NCBI GenBank assembly: GCA_035363115.1
Contig: DAOSEM010000002.1
Coordinates: 269,088-333,087, forward strand
Origin: Syntrophales bacterium
GTDB taxonomy: Bacteria; Desulfobacterota; Syntrophia; Syntrophales; PHBD01
Direction: 5' to 3'
DNA length: 64,000 bases
Shown here: in pieces, positions 1-9,190 of the stretch
Position numbering within the stretch: the stretch's first letter is position 1
How the letters are laid out: each line of letters starts with the position of its first letter
The notes under the pieces: generated by a model
Database searches by the model: none
What the model saw: only the letters and a program-made list of their open reading frames with translations
Told to the model about the DNA's origin: nothing
Position numbers and translations under genes: made by a program

Positions 1-812
1 ACCATGTGCATGGGGAAGCCGACGATTCCCATTCCGGCGGTGGTGAGGCCGTTGAAGCCCAGGACGGCGGACCACATCAGCGTCGCCCGGGCCTCGTAGT
101 TCTCCGGCTCCCGGAGGATCACGCCGGTGCTCTCCATGACGCTGTGCATCAGGGCCTCCACCAACCCGTCCTGCAGGTCGCTGGACGTGGCGGTGTTGGT
201 GAAATAGCCCTCCAGCATGTGGGCGATGATGTCGACGGCGCTGTAGGCACTGTAGGCGCGGTCAAGGCTGAAGAGAACCGTCGGATCCAGGACGGAGGCC
301 TTCGGCTGGACCGCCATGTCCCGGATGCTGTATTTTCGGGCTCCATCCTCGTTAGTGATGACGGCGGCGGGATTCATCTCCGATGCGCTGGCGGAGACGG
401 TGACCACGGTGAGGACCGGCAGGGCCTTTTTGATGGCGCTTTTCCGGAGGAAGAAATCCCAGACGTCGCATTCGGCCGGAACGCCTGCGGCGATAGCCTT
501 GGCCGTGTCGATGACGCTTCCGCCCCCTACCGCCAGGACGACGTCGGCTCCTTCGTTCCGGGCCCGTTCGATGCCCAGGCGGACGTGCGAGAGGACCGGG
601 TTTGAACGGGCGCCGGGAAACTCCGCAACGGCGACCCCCGCCTCAGCCAGGGAGGCCATGACCTGGTCGTAGACCCCGTTGCGCTTGATGCTGCCGGTTC
701 CGTAGACGAGGAGCACTTTCGCTCCGTGGCGGCGCACCTCCGCCCCGATCCGCCGGATCTGTCCCTTTCCGAAGAGGATCCGCGTGGGGTTTTCGAAGAT
801 GAAGTTCTGCAT
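1..812 (-). CDS. Iron-containing (group III) alcohol dehydrogenase, YqhD/BdhA-like; the 3' end lies beyond the left edge of the window
   Basis: Own translation of the reverse strand; the ORF is absent from the track because it has no stop in the window. ATG at 812-810 is preceded by GGAGGAG. The protein begins MQNFIFENPTRILFGKGQIRRIGAEVRRHGAKVLLVYGTGSIKRNG and contains VLAVGGGSVIDTAKAIA, the GGGSxxDxAK fingerprint of iron-ADHs. Confidence 0.85.
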   Translation of the reverse strand, partial: MQNFIFENPTRILFGKGQIRRIGAEVRRHGAKVLLVYGTGSIKRNGVYDQVMASLAEAGVAVAEFPGARSNPVLSHVRLGIERARNEGADVVLAVGGGSVIDTAKAIAAGVPAECDVWDFFLRKSAIKKALPVLTVVTVSASASEMNPAAVITNEDGARKYSIRDMAVQPKASVLDPTVLFSLDRAYSAYSAVDIIAHMLEGYFTNTATSSDLQDGLVEALMHSVMESTGVILREPENYEARATLMWSAVLGFNGLTTAGMGIVGFPMHM

Positions 813-896
813 GGCTCCTCCTTCCTTTCGCGGCAGGCGGTTCTTCACGTTTTTCCGGCAGGGGGGTCGGATTTCCGCTCCGCCCCCCTCCGTCCG

Positions 897-1289
897 TTAC
901 GGACAGCGGGACGGACCCTTCCCCCGTCCCGCGGTCTCCACCTTTTTCAGGATCCCCCCCTGAAAGGAGAGGTGGTAGATGAAATCGTTCTCGCCGCAGT
1001 TGTAGGACCAGCGCTCGACGCTCTGCCGCTTTCCTTTCCTGCTGGCCACCTTTTTCCGGGTTCCCTTCTTTTTGTCTTTTGTTTCCTCCTCGACCGACGT
1101 CCCCGTTTCAACGGAGGAAACCTTCTCCTTCAGCAGGGGGTCGCCGCACTCCAGGATGACTTTCGCCTTGCTGTCCCCCTCCGAAACGAGGGCGCCGCCG
1201 CGGCAGCGGAAAGCCTCCGCCGCCGTCGCCGTGCCGGCCAGGAACAGTGTGACCAGGATCACGGTCCCGGCCCATCGCGTTCCTCTCAT
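897..1289 (-). CDS. Small secreted protein, DUF2845-like (family assignment tentative)
   Basis: 130-aa ORF with a signal peptide (MRGTRWAGTVILVTLFLAGTATAAEA), four Cys and a Lys-rich middle. It is the only coherent frame here; the overlapping plus-strand ORFs look like shadow frames. Confidence 0.6.
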   Translation of the reverse strand: MRGTRWAGTVILVTLFLAGTATAAEAFRCRGGALVSEGDSKAKVILECGDPLLKEKVSSVETGTSVEEETKDKKKGTRKKVASRKGKRQSVERWSYNCGENDFIYHLSFQGGILKKVETAGRGKGPSRCP

Positions 1290-1564
1290 CGATGGTTCTC
1301 CTCTCTGTTCCGTATTTTGACTGGCCGGGGAAGCGGATCAAACAGGAACCGGTCATCCACTAACGGAATTTGCCGGGATGGTCAAGGTTTGAAAAAGCGC
1401 GGAGAAGGCCCTTTTTTCAGAGTTGACAATATCTTGCCGATTGGTTACCGATAAGCGCTATATTAAACATAAGGGTTGTTGTGCAAGGGACCTTTCGGCA
1501 TTGCATGTTCGTGTCCTGGCAGCCGGCCCATATCAATAAAATCTTGCGGAGGATCTGGAAAGCC

Positions 1565-4267
1565 ATGGAAAAGAAAATCCCTCTCACCATCGACGGCAAG
1601 GCCGTCAAAGCCCTACCGGGACAGACGATCCTGGAGGTAGCCCGGCAGAACGGGATCTTTATTCCCACGCTCTGCTACATGGATCGGACAACCAGGGTCG
1701 GCGCCTGCCGTGTGTGCGTGGTGGACGTCGAGGGTGCCCGTACGCTCGTCGCGTCGTGCTGTATGCCGGTCAGTCCGGGCATGGTGGTCCGTACGGACAC
1801 GCCGAAGGTCCGCGCGGCCCAGCGGATGGTCGTGGAGCTTCTCTGGTCCTCGGGGGATCACAATTGTCTTACCTGCGAGCGCAACGGCAACTGCGAACTC
1901 CAGGACCTGGTCTACCGGTTCCAGATCGAGAAGCCCCGCTTCGACATCCAGCCCCCCGGGCACGCGAAGGATCAGTCCAACACCATGATCCAGCGGGACC
2001 TGAACAAGTGCATCCTCTGCGGCCGGTGCATCCGGGCGTGCAACGAGATCCAGGTGAACGAGGTTCTCGACTTCAACCGCCGCGGATCCCGGGCCAAGGT
2101 CGGTCCCGCCTTCGACGCCGACTACATCGACTCGAACTGCTTTTTCTGCGGAGAGTGTGCGGACGCCTGCCCCGTGGGCGCCATCACGCTCCGTCCCGCC
2201 CGTTTCTCAGGGAGACCCTGGGAGGTGAAAAAGGTCCGCACGACCTGCACCTACTGTGGCGTCGGCTGCCAGATGGAACTGAATGTCCATGAAGACCGCA
2301 TTGTCTCCGTGACGGGAAATCCGGCCTTCGGCGAGCCCAACCTGGGAAGTCTCTGCGTGAAAGGACGGTTCGGCATGGACTTCGTCCAGCACCCGGACCG
2401 CCTCAAGACGCCGCTGATCCGCAGGGAGAAGGGCGGCGAACTGGAGGAGGCCTCGTGGGAGGAGGCCCTGGACCTCGTGGCGAAACGCTTCGGGGAAATT
2501 CGGGAGAAGAACGGGCCTGACGCCCTGGCTGGCCTCTCCTCGGCCCGCTGCTCCAACGAGGAGAATTACCTCTTCCAGAAGTTCATGCGCGCGGTGATCG
2601 GCACCAACCATGTGGATCACTGCGCACGGCTCTGACACTCCGTAACGGTGGCCGGTCTGGCCGCCGCCTTCGGGAGTGGAGCCATGACGAACTCCATCGC
2701 GGAAATCGAGAGCACCGAGTGCATCCTGGCAACGGGGACGAACACCACGGAGAACCACCCGGTCATCGGGGCCGTGGTGAAGAGGGCCGTCCGCCAGCAC
2801 GGGACGAAGCTGATCGTCATCGACCCGCGGGAAATCACCCTGACCAGATACGCCGACATCTGGCTCCGCCAGAGGCCCGGGACGGACGTGGCCGTCCTGA
2901 ACGGCCTGATGAACGTCATCCTGGCGGAAAACCTTTACGACAAGGCCTATGTCGAGGGCCGGACCGAGAATTTCGAAGCCTTCCGGAAGGTTGTGGAGAA
3001 GTACACTCCGGAGGAGGTCGAGAAGATCTCCGGCGTTCCCGCGGAGGACCTGAAACGGGCGGCCCGGATGTACGCGAAGGCGAAGCGCGCCTCCATTCTC
3101 TACTCCATGGGCATCACCCAGCACATCACCGGGACGGATAACGTCAAATCCATCGCCAACCTGTCGATGCTCTGCGGCAACGTCGGCGTCGAGGGAGGCG
3201 GCGTGAATCCCCTCCGGGGGCAGAACAACGTCCAGGGGGCCTGCGACATGGGGGCCCTGCCGAACGTCCTCCCGGCCTACCAGCAGGTGGCCAGCCCGGA
3301 GGTCCGGGCGTTCTTCGAGAAGGCCTGGGGAGTGAAGGCCCTTCCGGACAAGCCGGGCCTGACGGTCGTGGAGATCATGAATGCCGCCCACCACGGCGAC
3401 ATCCGGGGGCTCTACATCATGGGCGAGAATCCCATGGTCTCCGATCCGGACCTGTCACACGTGGAAGATTCCCTGAAAAAACTCGATTTCCTGGTGGTCC
3501 AGGACATCTTCCTGACGGAGACGGCCCGTCTCGCCGACGTGGTCCTGCCTTCAGCGTCATTCGCCGAGAAGGATGGGACGTTCACCAACACGGAGCGGCG
3601 TGTCCAGAGGATCCGCAAGGCCGTCAGTTCCCCGGGGGAGGCGCTCCCGGACTGGGCGATCATCGCGGGCATCGCAACCCGCATGGGATATCCCATGGCA
3701 TACGGCAATGTGCGGGAGATCTGGGAGGAGATCCGGAAAGTCACCCCGAGCTGCGCCGGCATCTCCTACAAGCGGATCGAGCGGGAGGGGATCCAGTGGC
3801 CCTGCCCGAACGTCGAGCATCCGGGGACGCGGTTTCTCCACAAGGACCGCTTTACACGTGGCCGGGGCCTCTTTGCCGCCATCGAGTACCTGCCGCCGGC
3901 GGAGCAGCCGGACAAGGAGTATCCAATGATCCTGTCCACGGGACGGGTTCTCTACCACTATCACACGGGGACCATGACCCGCCTGGCGAAGGGCCTCTCG
4001 GAGCGGTATCCCGAGAGCCTCGTCGAGATCCATCCCGAGGATGCGTCGCGCCTTGGCATCGACGACGGGCGCGCGGTGCGGCTCACCTCGCGCCGGGGAG
4101 CCGTGGAGGCAAAGGCCAGGGTCACGGACCGCTCACCCGTGGGTACGGTTTTCATGAACTTCCATTTCCGCGAGGCCGCGGTGAATCTCCTCACGAACCC
4201 GGCGCTTGATCCCATCGGGAAGATTCCCGAATTCAAGGTCTGCGCCGTTCGTGTCGAGGCCGCCTGA
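1565..4267 (+). CDS. fdhA: Formate dehydrogenase alpha subunit, selenocysteine-containing. NuoG-like N-terminal 2Fe-2S/4Fe-4S domains are fused to a molybdopterin oxidoreductase; UGA at 2633-2635 is read as Sec.
   Basis: Track ORFs 1481-2635 and 2648-4267 are in the same frame, separated only by TGA. The junction reads [27 protein letters not shown], the classic FDH Sec motif. The N-terminus ([38 protein letters not shown]) is 2Fe-2S ferredoxin-like, and several Cys clusters follow. ATG 1565 follows GGAGGA at 1549-1554, whereas the track start at 1481 is a GTG without an SD. Total length is 900 codons. Confidence 0.9.
2633..2666 (+). promoter_or_regulatory. Selenocysteine recoding signal: UGA plus a bacterial SECIS hairpin
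   Basis: TGA at 2633-2635 is followed 10 nt later by stem CGGUGGCC (2646-2653), loop GGUCU (2654-2658) and stem GGCCGCCG (2659-2666, one G-U pair). The GGUCU apical loop and its spacing from UGA match my recollection of the E. coli fdhF SECIS (GCAGGUCUGC). Confidence 0.75.
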
Positions 4268-4379
4268 ACGGCGGACTGGAAAAAGGTCGAGTCGCATCGT
4301 CTCCCGTCCCCGCGGAAGCGGCGTTCCGCGGAGGCCCGGTGTGGGGGGGGCTGCAGCCAAAACGCCGCAGCCATAACGC

Positions 4380-4408
4380 TTGACAGGCATAGTACCGGGT
4401 GATATACG
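4380..4408 (+). promoter_or_regulatory. Sigma70-type promoter candidate for tRNA-Pro
   Basis: TTGACA (4380-4385), a 17-nt spacer, then TATACG (4403-4408), ending 15 nt before the mature tRNA 5' end. Confidence 0.5.
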
Positions 4409-4422
4409 CTGCTCCAGTGTGT

Positions 4423-4499
<77 letters not shown>

Positions 4500-4585
4500 T
4501 CTTTTAAAAGCCCTGCGGGCACCAATTCTGGCGAGAGACATGGGGAATGCCCGGAAAATCGAGGGTGACCCTTCCGCCCGCTGAA

Positions 4586-4620
4586 AACAGCATCTTTCCG
4601 AGGGAAGGTGCTGTTTTTTT
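4586..4620 (+). terminator. Rho-independent terminator after tRNA-Pro
   Basis: Hairpin CAGCATCTTTCC-gag-GGAAGGTGCTG followed by T7 (4614-4620). It overlaps the track start (4608) of the next ORF, which argues for the later start at 4680. Confidence 0.7.
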
Positions 4621-4679
4621 ATGCCTTGCGGATGGCGGGGCGCCGGAATTACCATGTCCCCGGGAGGAGGCAATCCGGA

Positions 4680-6002
4680 ATGCGTGATGTGACACGAACC
4701 GAGATTCGCGAGGAGATCGGGGACCTGGTTGCGGAGCTGTACGCCGCCGGTCGCGCCGGGGAGCCTTTCGTTCCGGGAGAGACCCCCGTCCATTATGCCG
4801 GGCGCATGTTCGACGAGCGCGAGATCCAGGCAGCCGTTGCGGCATCCCTCGATTTCTGGCTCACCGAAGGCGCCCATGCACAGCGGTTTCAGCAAGACCT
4901 GGCGGAGAAGCTGGGTGTCCGGGAGACCGTTCTCGTGAATTCGGGCTCTTCGGCGAACCTCCTGGCCGTCACGGCCCTGACGTCGCCGCTCCTGAAAGAC
5001 CGCCGCCTGAAGCCGGGAGACGAGATCATTACCGCGGCCGCGGGCTTTCCCACCACCGTGAATCCGATTCTCCAGAACGGTCTCGTGCCGGTCTTCATCG
5101 ACTCTTCCACCCCGACCTACAATCCGCGGGCGGACGACATCGCCGCCGCCGTCGGCCCCCGGACGAGGGCCGTCTTCCTGGCCCATACCCTGGGAAATCC
5201 CATCGACGCCGACGCTGTCCTGGAGATCGTCCGGAGGCACGATCTGTTCCTCATCGAGGACTGCTGCGACGCCCTGGGGTCCACGTACCGGGGCCGGCAG
5301 GCCGGGACGTTCGGGATTCTCTCCACGTTCAGCTTCTACGCCGCCCACCACATCACATTGGGCGAGGGGGGAGCCGTGGCCTGCTCGGATCCGCTTCTGC
5401 TCCGGATACTCCGCTCCCTGAAGGACTGGGGCCGCGACTGCCACTGCGGTCCCGGCCAGAACAACGCCTGTGGACGGCGCTTCACCGGTCGGCACGGCGA
5501 CCTGCCGGAGGGGTACGACCACAAGTACGTCTACTCCCACCTGGGCTACAACCTGAAAGCCACGGACATCCAGGCCGCCATCGGCGTGGAGCAGCTGAAG
5601 AAGCTGGACCGGTTCTGCGCCGCCAGGCGGGAGAACTACCGATCCTGGATGGAGCGATTCCGTCCCCTGGAGGACCGTTTCCTTCTCCCCGAGGCAACCC
5701 CGGGCAGCGATCCCGCCTGGTTCGCCTTCCCCCTGACGGTTCGAGAGGGGGCGGGCTTCACCCGGCGGCAGATCACGGATTATCTGAACGAAAAACGGGT
5801 CGAGACGAGGAATCTCTTCGGGGGGAACCTGCTCCGCCAGCCGGCCTACCTGGACATCCCCCGCCGCGTCGCCGGGGAGTTGGCAGGGGCGGACCGGATC
5901 ATGAACGACGCCTTCTTCATCGGCACCTATCCTGGGATCGGGGAGGCCCAGATCGATTACACCATGGACGTCCTCCGGCGGTTCCTGGAAAGGGAGGTGT
6001 GA
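4680..6002 (+). CDS. rfbH: CDP-6-deoxy-D-xylo-4-hexulose 3-dehydrase (E1; RfbH/DdhC/AscC type), PMP- and [2Fe-2S]-dependent
   Basis: DegT/DnrJ/EryC1 aminotransferase fold. The Schiff-base Lys position is His (FSFYAAHHITLGEGG). The Cys pattern is C-X57-C-X1-C-X7-C (EDCC...DCHCGPGQNNAC), which matches my recollection of the E1 iron-sulfur motif. ATG 4680 follows GGGAGGAGG (4661-4669). Confidence 0.88.
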   Translation: MRDVTRTEIREEIGDLVAELYAAGRAGEPFVPGETPVHYAGRMFDEREIQAAVAASLDFWLTEGAHAQRFQQDLAEKLGVRETVLVNSGSSANLLAVTALTSPLLKDRRLKPGDEIITAAAGFPTTVNPILQNGLVPVFIDSSTPTYNPRADDIAAAVGPRTRAVFLAHTLGNPIDADAVLEIVRRHDLFLIEDCCDALGSTYRGRQAGTFGILSTFSFYAAHHITLGEGGAVACSDPLLLRILRSLKDWGRDCHCGPGQNNACGRRFTGRHGDLPEGYDHKYVYSHLGYNLKATDIQAAIGVEQLKKLDRFCAARRENYRSWMERFRPLEDRFLLPEATPGSDPAWFAFPLTVREGAGFTRRQITDYLNEKRVETRNLFGGNLLRQPAYLDIPRRVAGELAGADRIMNDAFFIGTYPGIGEAQIDYTMDVLRRFLEREV

Positions 6003-6008
6003 ATCGGC

Positions 6009-7091
6009 ATGAACCCGTTTGACGACTTCTATCGCGGCCGCCGGGTCCTGGTGACGGGCCATACGGGCTTCAAGGGCTCCTGGCTCGCGCTGTGGCTCCG
6101 GAAGCTCGGGGCCGAGGTCACCGGCTTCGCCCTGCCGCCGGCGACGGAGCCCTCCCACTTTGCCATCCTGGACCTGGAGAAGCGGATCCGCCACCGGGAG
6201 GGAGACATCCGCGATCTCGAAGCCGTGCGGAACGCCTTCCGGGAGGCGGAGCCGGAAGTCGTCTTCCACCTGGCGGCCCAGGCCATCGTCCGGACTTCCT
6301 ACGACCATCCCAAGGAGACCTTCGACGTCAACGTCGGGGGCACCGTCAACGTCCTGGAGGCCATAAGAAGCGCGCCCTCCGTCCGTGCCGCCGTCGTCGT
6401 GACGTCCGACAAGTGCTACGAGAACCGCGAATGGGTCTGGGGCTACCGGGAAGAGGACCCCCTGGGCGGCCATGACCCCTACAGTGCCAGCAAGGGCGCC
6501 GCGGAGATCGTCTGCGGGGCCTACGGTCGATCGTATTTCAATCCCGCCGGCCGCGGACCGCACCCGGGATTCGCCACGGCTCGGGCCGGGAATGTCATCG
6601 GGGGAGGGGACTGGGCAGCGGACCGCCTCATCCCGGACTGTGTCCGGGCCCTTGCGGCGGGAAAGGCCGTCGTCATCCGGAATCCCGGGGCCACCCGCCC
6701 CTGGCAGCACGTCCTGGAGCCGCTCTCGGGATACCTTCTGCTGGCTCGGCGCCTGGCGGAAGACTCCGTTCGCTTCTCCGGCGCCTGGAACTTCGGACCC
6801 ACCGACGGCTCGGCCATGCCGGTCCGCGAACTGGCGGCCCGCTTCGTTGCCCGTTGGCCGGAGGGCAGGCTCCGGGTGGGAAGGCAGGGAGGGAACGCGC
6901 CTCACGAGGCCCACGCGCTGGCCCTCTGCACCGACAAGGCGCGGAAGATTCTCGGCTGGTGGCCCGTCCTCTCCGCCGGGGAGGCCGTCGACTGGACGGC
7001 AGCCTGGTATCGCGCCTGGCAGGAGGGGAAGGAAAACCTCCGGACCCTCTCGCTCTGCCAGATCCGGCGATACGAAAAATCCTCGACATGA
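6009..7091 (+). CDS. rfbG: CDP-glucose 4,6-dehydratase
   Basis: 360 aa. N-terminus MNPFDDFYRGRRVLVTGHTGFKGSWLALWL is typical of RfbG/DdhB extended SDRs; YSASK catalytic motif (DPYSASKGAAE). Confidence 0.9.
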   Translation: MNPFDDFYRGRRVLVTGHTGFKGSWLALWLRKLGAEVTGFALPPATEPSHFAILDLEKRIRHREGDIRDLEAVRNAFREAEPEVVFHLAAQAIVRTSYDHPKETFDVNVGGTVNVLEAIRSAPSVRAAVVVTSDKCYENREWVWGYREEDPLGGHDPYSASKGAAEIVCGAYGRSYFNPAGRGPHPGFATARAGNVIGGGDWAADRLIPDCVRALAAGKAVVIRNPGATRPWQHVLEPLSGYLLLARRLAEDSVRFSGAWNFGPTDGSAMPVRELAARFVARWPEGRLRVGRQGGNAPHEAHALALCTDKARKILGWWPVLSAGEAVDWTAAWYRAWQEGKENLRTLSLCQIRRYEKSST

Positions 7092-7258
7092 CAGGGTTTT
7101 GATCGTCTGCGTGACGTCCGTCACATTCTTTGATCATGGAATGTGCGCATGAGACAGTCCCGGCGCACCGGATCGGGGATGGAAAGCAGGCCTGAGATCG
7201 TGTATGGTTTCGGCGGGATAAAAGATCGCACCCGGTTTCCGGATGCCGGAGGGAGAGG

Positions 7259-8056
7259 ATGCCCCGGAACATGAGAGGAAAGAAGATGCCGGCCGTCGTG
7301 ATCCTCTGCGGCGGGATGGGGACGAGGCTGGCGGAGCAGACGGAGGTTCGGCCGAAGCCGATGGTGGAGATCGGTGGACGGCCCATGCTCTGGCACATCA
7401 TGAAGCACTATGCCCGGTATGGATGCCGGGAATTCTACCTGGCCCTGGGCTACAAGGGCGAGTACATCAAGCGCTATTTCCTGGAATTCCACACCCTGAA
7501 CCGCGACTTCACGGTCAATCTAGGAGACGGACGCATCGGCGTGCTGGATTGCGCCAACGGGGAGGACTGGACGGTTCACCTCGTGGACACGGGCCTGGAG
7601 ACCATGACGGGGGGGCGCCTGAAGCGCATCGCGCCGCTCCTGCCGAGGGGACGGTTCTTCATGACCTACGGGGACGGCGTGGGCGACGTGGACCTGGATA
7701 AGCTCCTGGCCTTTCACCGTACCCGAAAGGGGCTCGTGACGCTGACCGCCGTGAGGCCGCCCGCCCGCTTCGGTGCCCTGGACTTCGACGGCGACCGCAT
7801 CGTCCGATTCAAGGAAAAATCCGTTGTCCGGGAGGGATGGATCAACGGCGGATTCTTCGTCGTCGAACCAACCGCCCTGGACTGTATCGAGCGGGACGTC
7901 ATGTGGGAGCACGACCCCATGGAGCGGCTCGCCGCGGAAGGCCGGGTGTACGCGTACCGCCATGAGGGCTTCTGGCAGTGCATGGACACGCTGCGTGAAC
8001 TCAAGTACCTGGAATCCCTCTGGGAAAGCGGAAATCCGCCCTGGAAGACATGGTGA
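7259..8056 (+). CDS. rfbF: Glucose-1-phosphate cytidylyltransferase
   Basis: The VVILCGGMGTRLAEQTEVRPKPMVEIGGRPMLWHIMKHY signature of RfbF/DdhA. The start is uncertain: 7259, 7271 and 7286 are all ATG, and both 7259 and 7286 have SD-like purine runs. Confidence 0.88.
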   Translation: MPRNMRGKKMPAVVILCGGMGTRLAEQTEVRPKPMVEIGGRPMLWHIMKHYARYGCREFYLALGYKGEYIKRYFLEFHTLNRDFTVNLGDGRIGVLDCANGEDWTVHLVDTGLETMTGGRLKRIAPLLPRGRFFMTYGDGVGDVDLDKLLAFHRTRKGLVTLTAVRPPARFGALDFDGDRIVRFKEKSVVREGWINGGFFVVEPTALDCIERDVMWEHDPMERLAAEGRVYAYRHEGFWQCMDTLRELKYLESLWESGNPPWKTW

Positions 8057-9189
8057 ACGTGCAGCAGAAGGCATCGGAACGGGTTATGCGGACGGCCGCC
8101 GTGACCGGGAATCGCAGGCGAGGCGGGATGGCCGCCGGGAACCCCCTGGCGGAGGATCTGGACCACGTCCTGGAGCGGACCCGGGACCTCTGGGAAGAAC
8201 TGCGGGGCGGCCGGATCTTCATCACCGGCGGGACGGGATTTTTCGGTTGCTGGCTCCTGGAGAGCCTTCTGTGGGCCAACCGGGAACTGGGGCTGAAGGC
8301 GAGGGCCGTGGTCCTGACCCGCGACCCGGGACGATTCGCGAAAAAGGCGCCACACCTGGCGGGAGACCCGGCGGTCCGGCTGCTCACCGGGGACATGGGA
8401 CGCTTCCGGTTCCCGCGGGGGCCTTTTACCCACCTGATTCATGCCGCCGTTTACCAGGAACCGGAAGGCGGGAAAATCCGGCCCCGGCGGATGGCGGACG
8501 AAATGATCCGGGCGACAAACCGTGTCCTCGATTTCTGCATGGAGGCGGGCGTCCGGAAAATGCTCCTCGTGAGCACCGGCGCCGTATACGGGCCGCCGCC
8601 CGCGGGAATGGACCGGGTTCCGGAGGATTTTACGGGCTCCAGGGATCCCGCCTCGGGGGAAGATGCCTATCATCATGTACGGCGGATCATGGAGACGCTG
8701 ACGGTTCTCCGGGCGGAGGAATGCGGTTTCGAGGCCAAGGTTGCCCGCTGCTTTTCCTTTATCGGGCCGTATCTCCCGCTGGACGGACGCTTTGCCGCGG
8801 GAGATTTCATCCGGGATGCCCTGGCCGGCCGCACGGTTGTCGTCAAGGGAGACGGAAAGGCCGTCCGGTCCTACCTGTACGCGGCCGATCTTGCCGTCTG
8901 GCTGTGGACGATCCTGTTCCGGGGGGTATCCGGCAGGCCGTATAATGTCGGATCCGAGAGGGCGGTCACGATTCGGCAGATTGCCCGGGCGGTCTCCCGG
9001 CAACACGCGCCTCCGCTGAAGGTGACGGTCCTGGGGAAAGAAACGCGGGGTGTCGCGCCGGGCCGGTATGTCCCGGACACATCGAAGGCGAGCTCGGAGC
9101 TTGGATTGGGGCAGGAGATCAACCTTCACAGCGCCATCGGAAAGACGATGCTGTGGAATCGAATTACAAACCAGCAAACGGAGAAATGA
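8050..9189 (+). CDS. NAD(P)-dependent epimerase/dehydratase-family protein (extended SDR), candidate sugar 4-keto or branch-chain reductase
   Basis: Rossmann motif RIFITGGTGFFGCWL. At the expected YxxxK position the sequence reads AYHHVRRIME (Arg instead of Lys), so it may be an atypical SDR. ATG 8050 overlaps the rfbF stop (ATGGTGA); alternative starts are 8086 and 8125. Confidence 0.75.
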   Translation: MVNVQQKASERVMRTAAVTGNRRRGGMAAGNPLAEDLDHVLERTRDLWEELRGGRIFITGGTGFFGCWLLESLLWANRELGLKARAVVLTRDPGRFAKKAPHLAGDPAVRLLTGDMGRFRFPRGPFTHLIHAAVYQEPEGGKIRPRRMADEMIRATNRVLDFCMEAGVRKMLLVSTGAVYGPPPAGMDRVPEDFTGSRDPASGEDAYHHVRRIMETLTVLRAEECGFEAKVARCFSFIGPYLPLDGRFAAGDFIRDALAGRTVVVKGDGKAVRSYLYAADLAVWLWTILFRGVSGRPYNVGSERAVTIRQIARAVSRQHAPPLKVTVLGKETRGVAPGRYVPDTSKASSELGLGQEINLHSAIGKTMLWNRITNQQTEK

Positions 9190-9190
9190 C

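Noticed and set aside
1481-1564. GTG start at 1481 extending FdhA by 28 residues
   Set aside because: No SD precedes it and the extension (MQGTFRHCMFVSWQPAHINKILRRIWKA) is not ferredoxin-like. ATG 1565 has GGAGGA upstream and begins the conserved 2Fe-2S domain.
1290-1564. Molybdenum-cofactor riboswitch or a clear promoter upstream of fdhA
   Set aside because: TTGACA (1423-1428) has no -10 at a proper distance, and TATATT (1459-1464) has only a poor -35 at a 19-nt spacing. I could not recognise the Moco-riboswitch conserved core by eye. A covariance-model scan would be needed.
4343-4350. G8 homopolymer between fdhA and tRNA-Pro, and the GGN triplet run at about 29458-29481, as phase-variation switches
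   Set aside because: The G8 tract is non-coding and does not lie between promoter elements that I could define. The triplet run can only change length in frame. There is no evidence for contingency behaviour from a single sequence.
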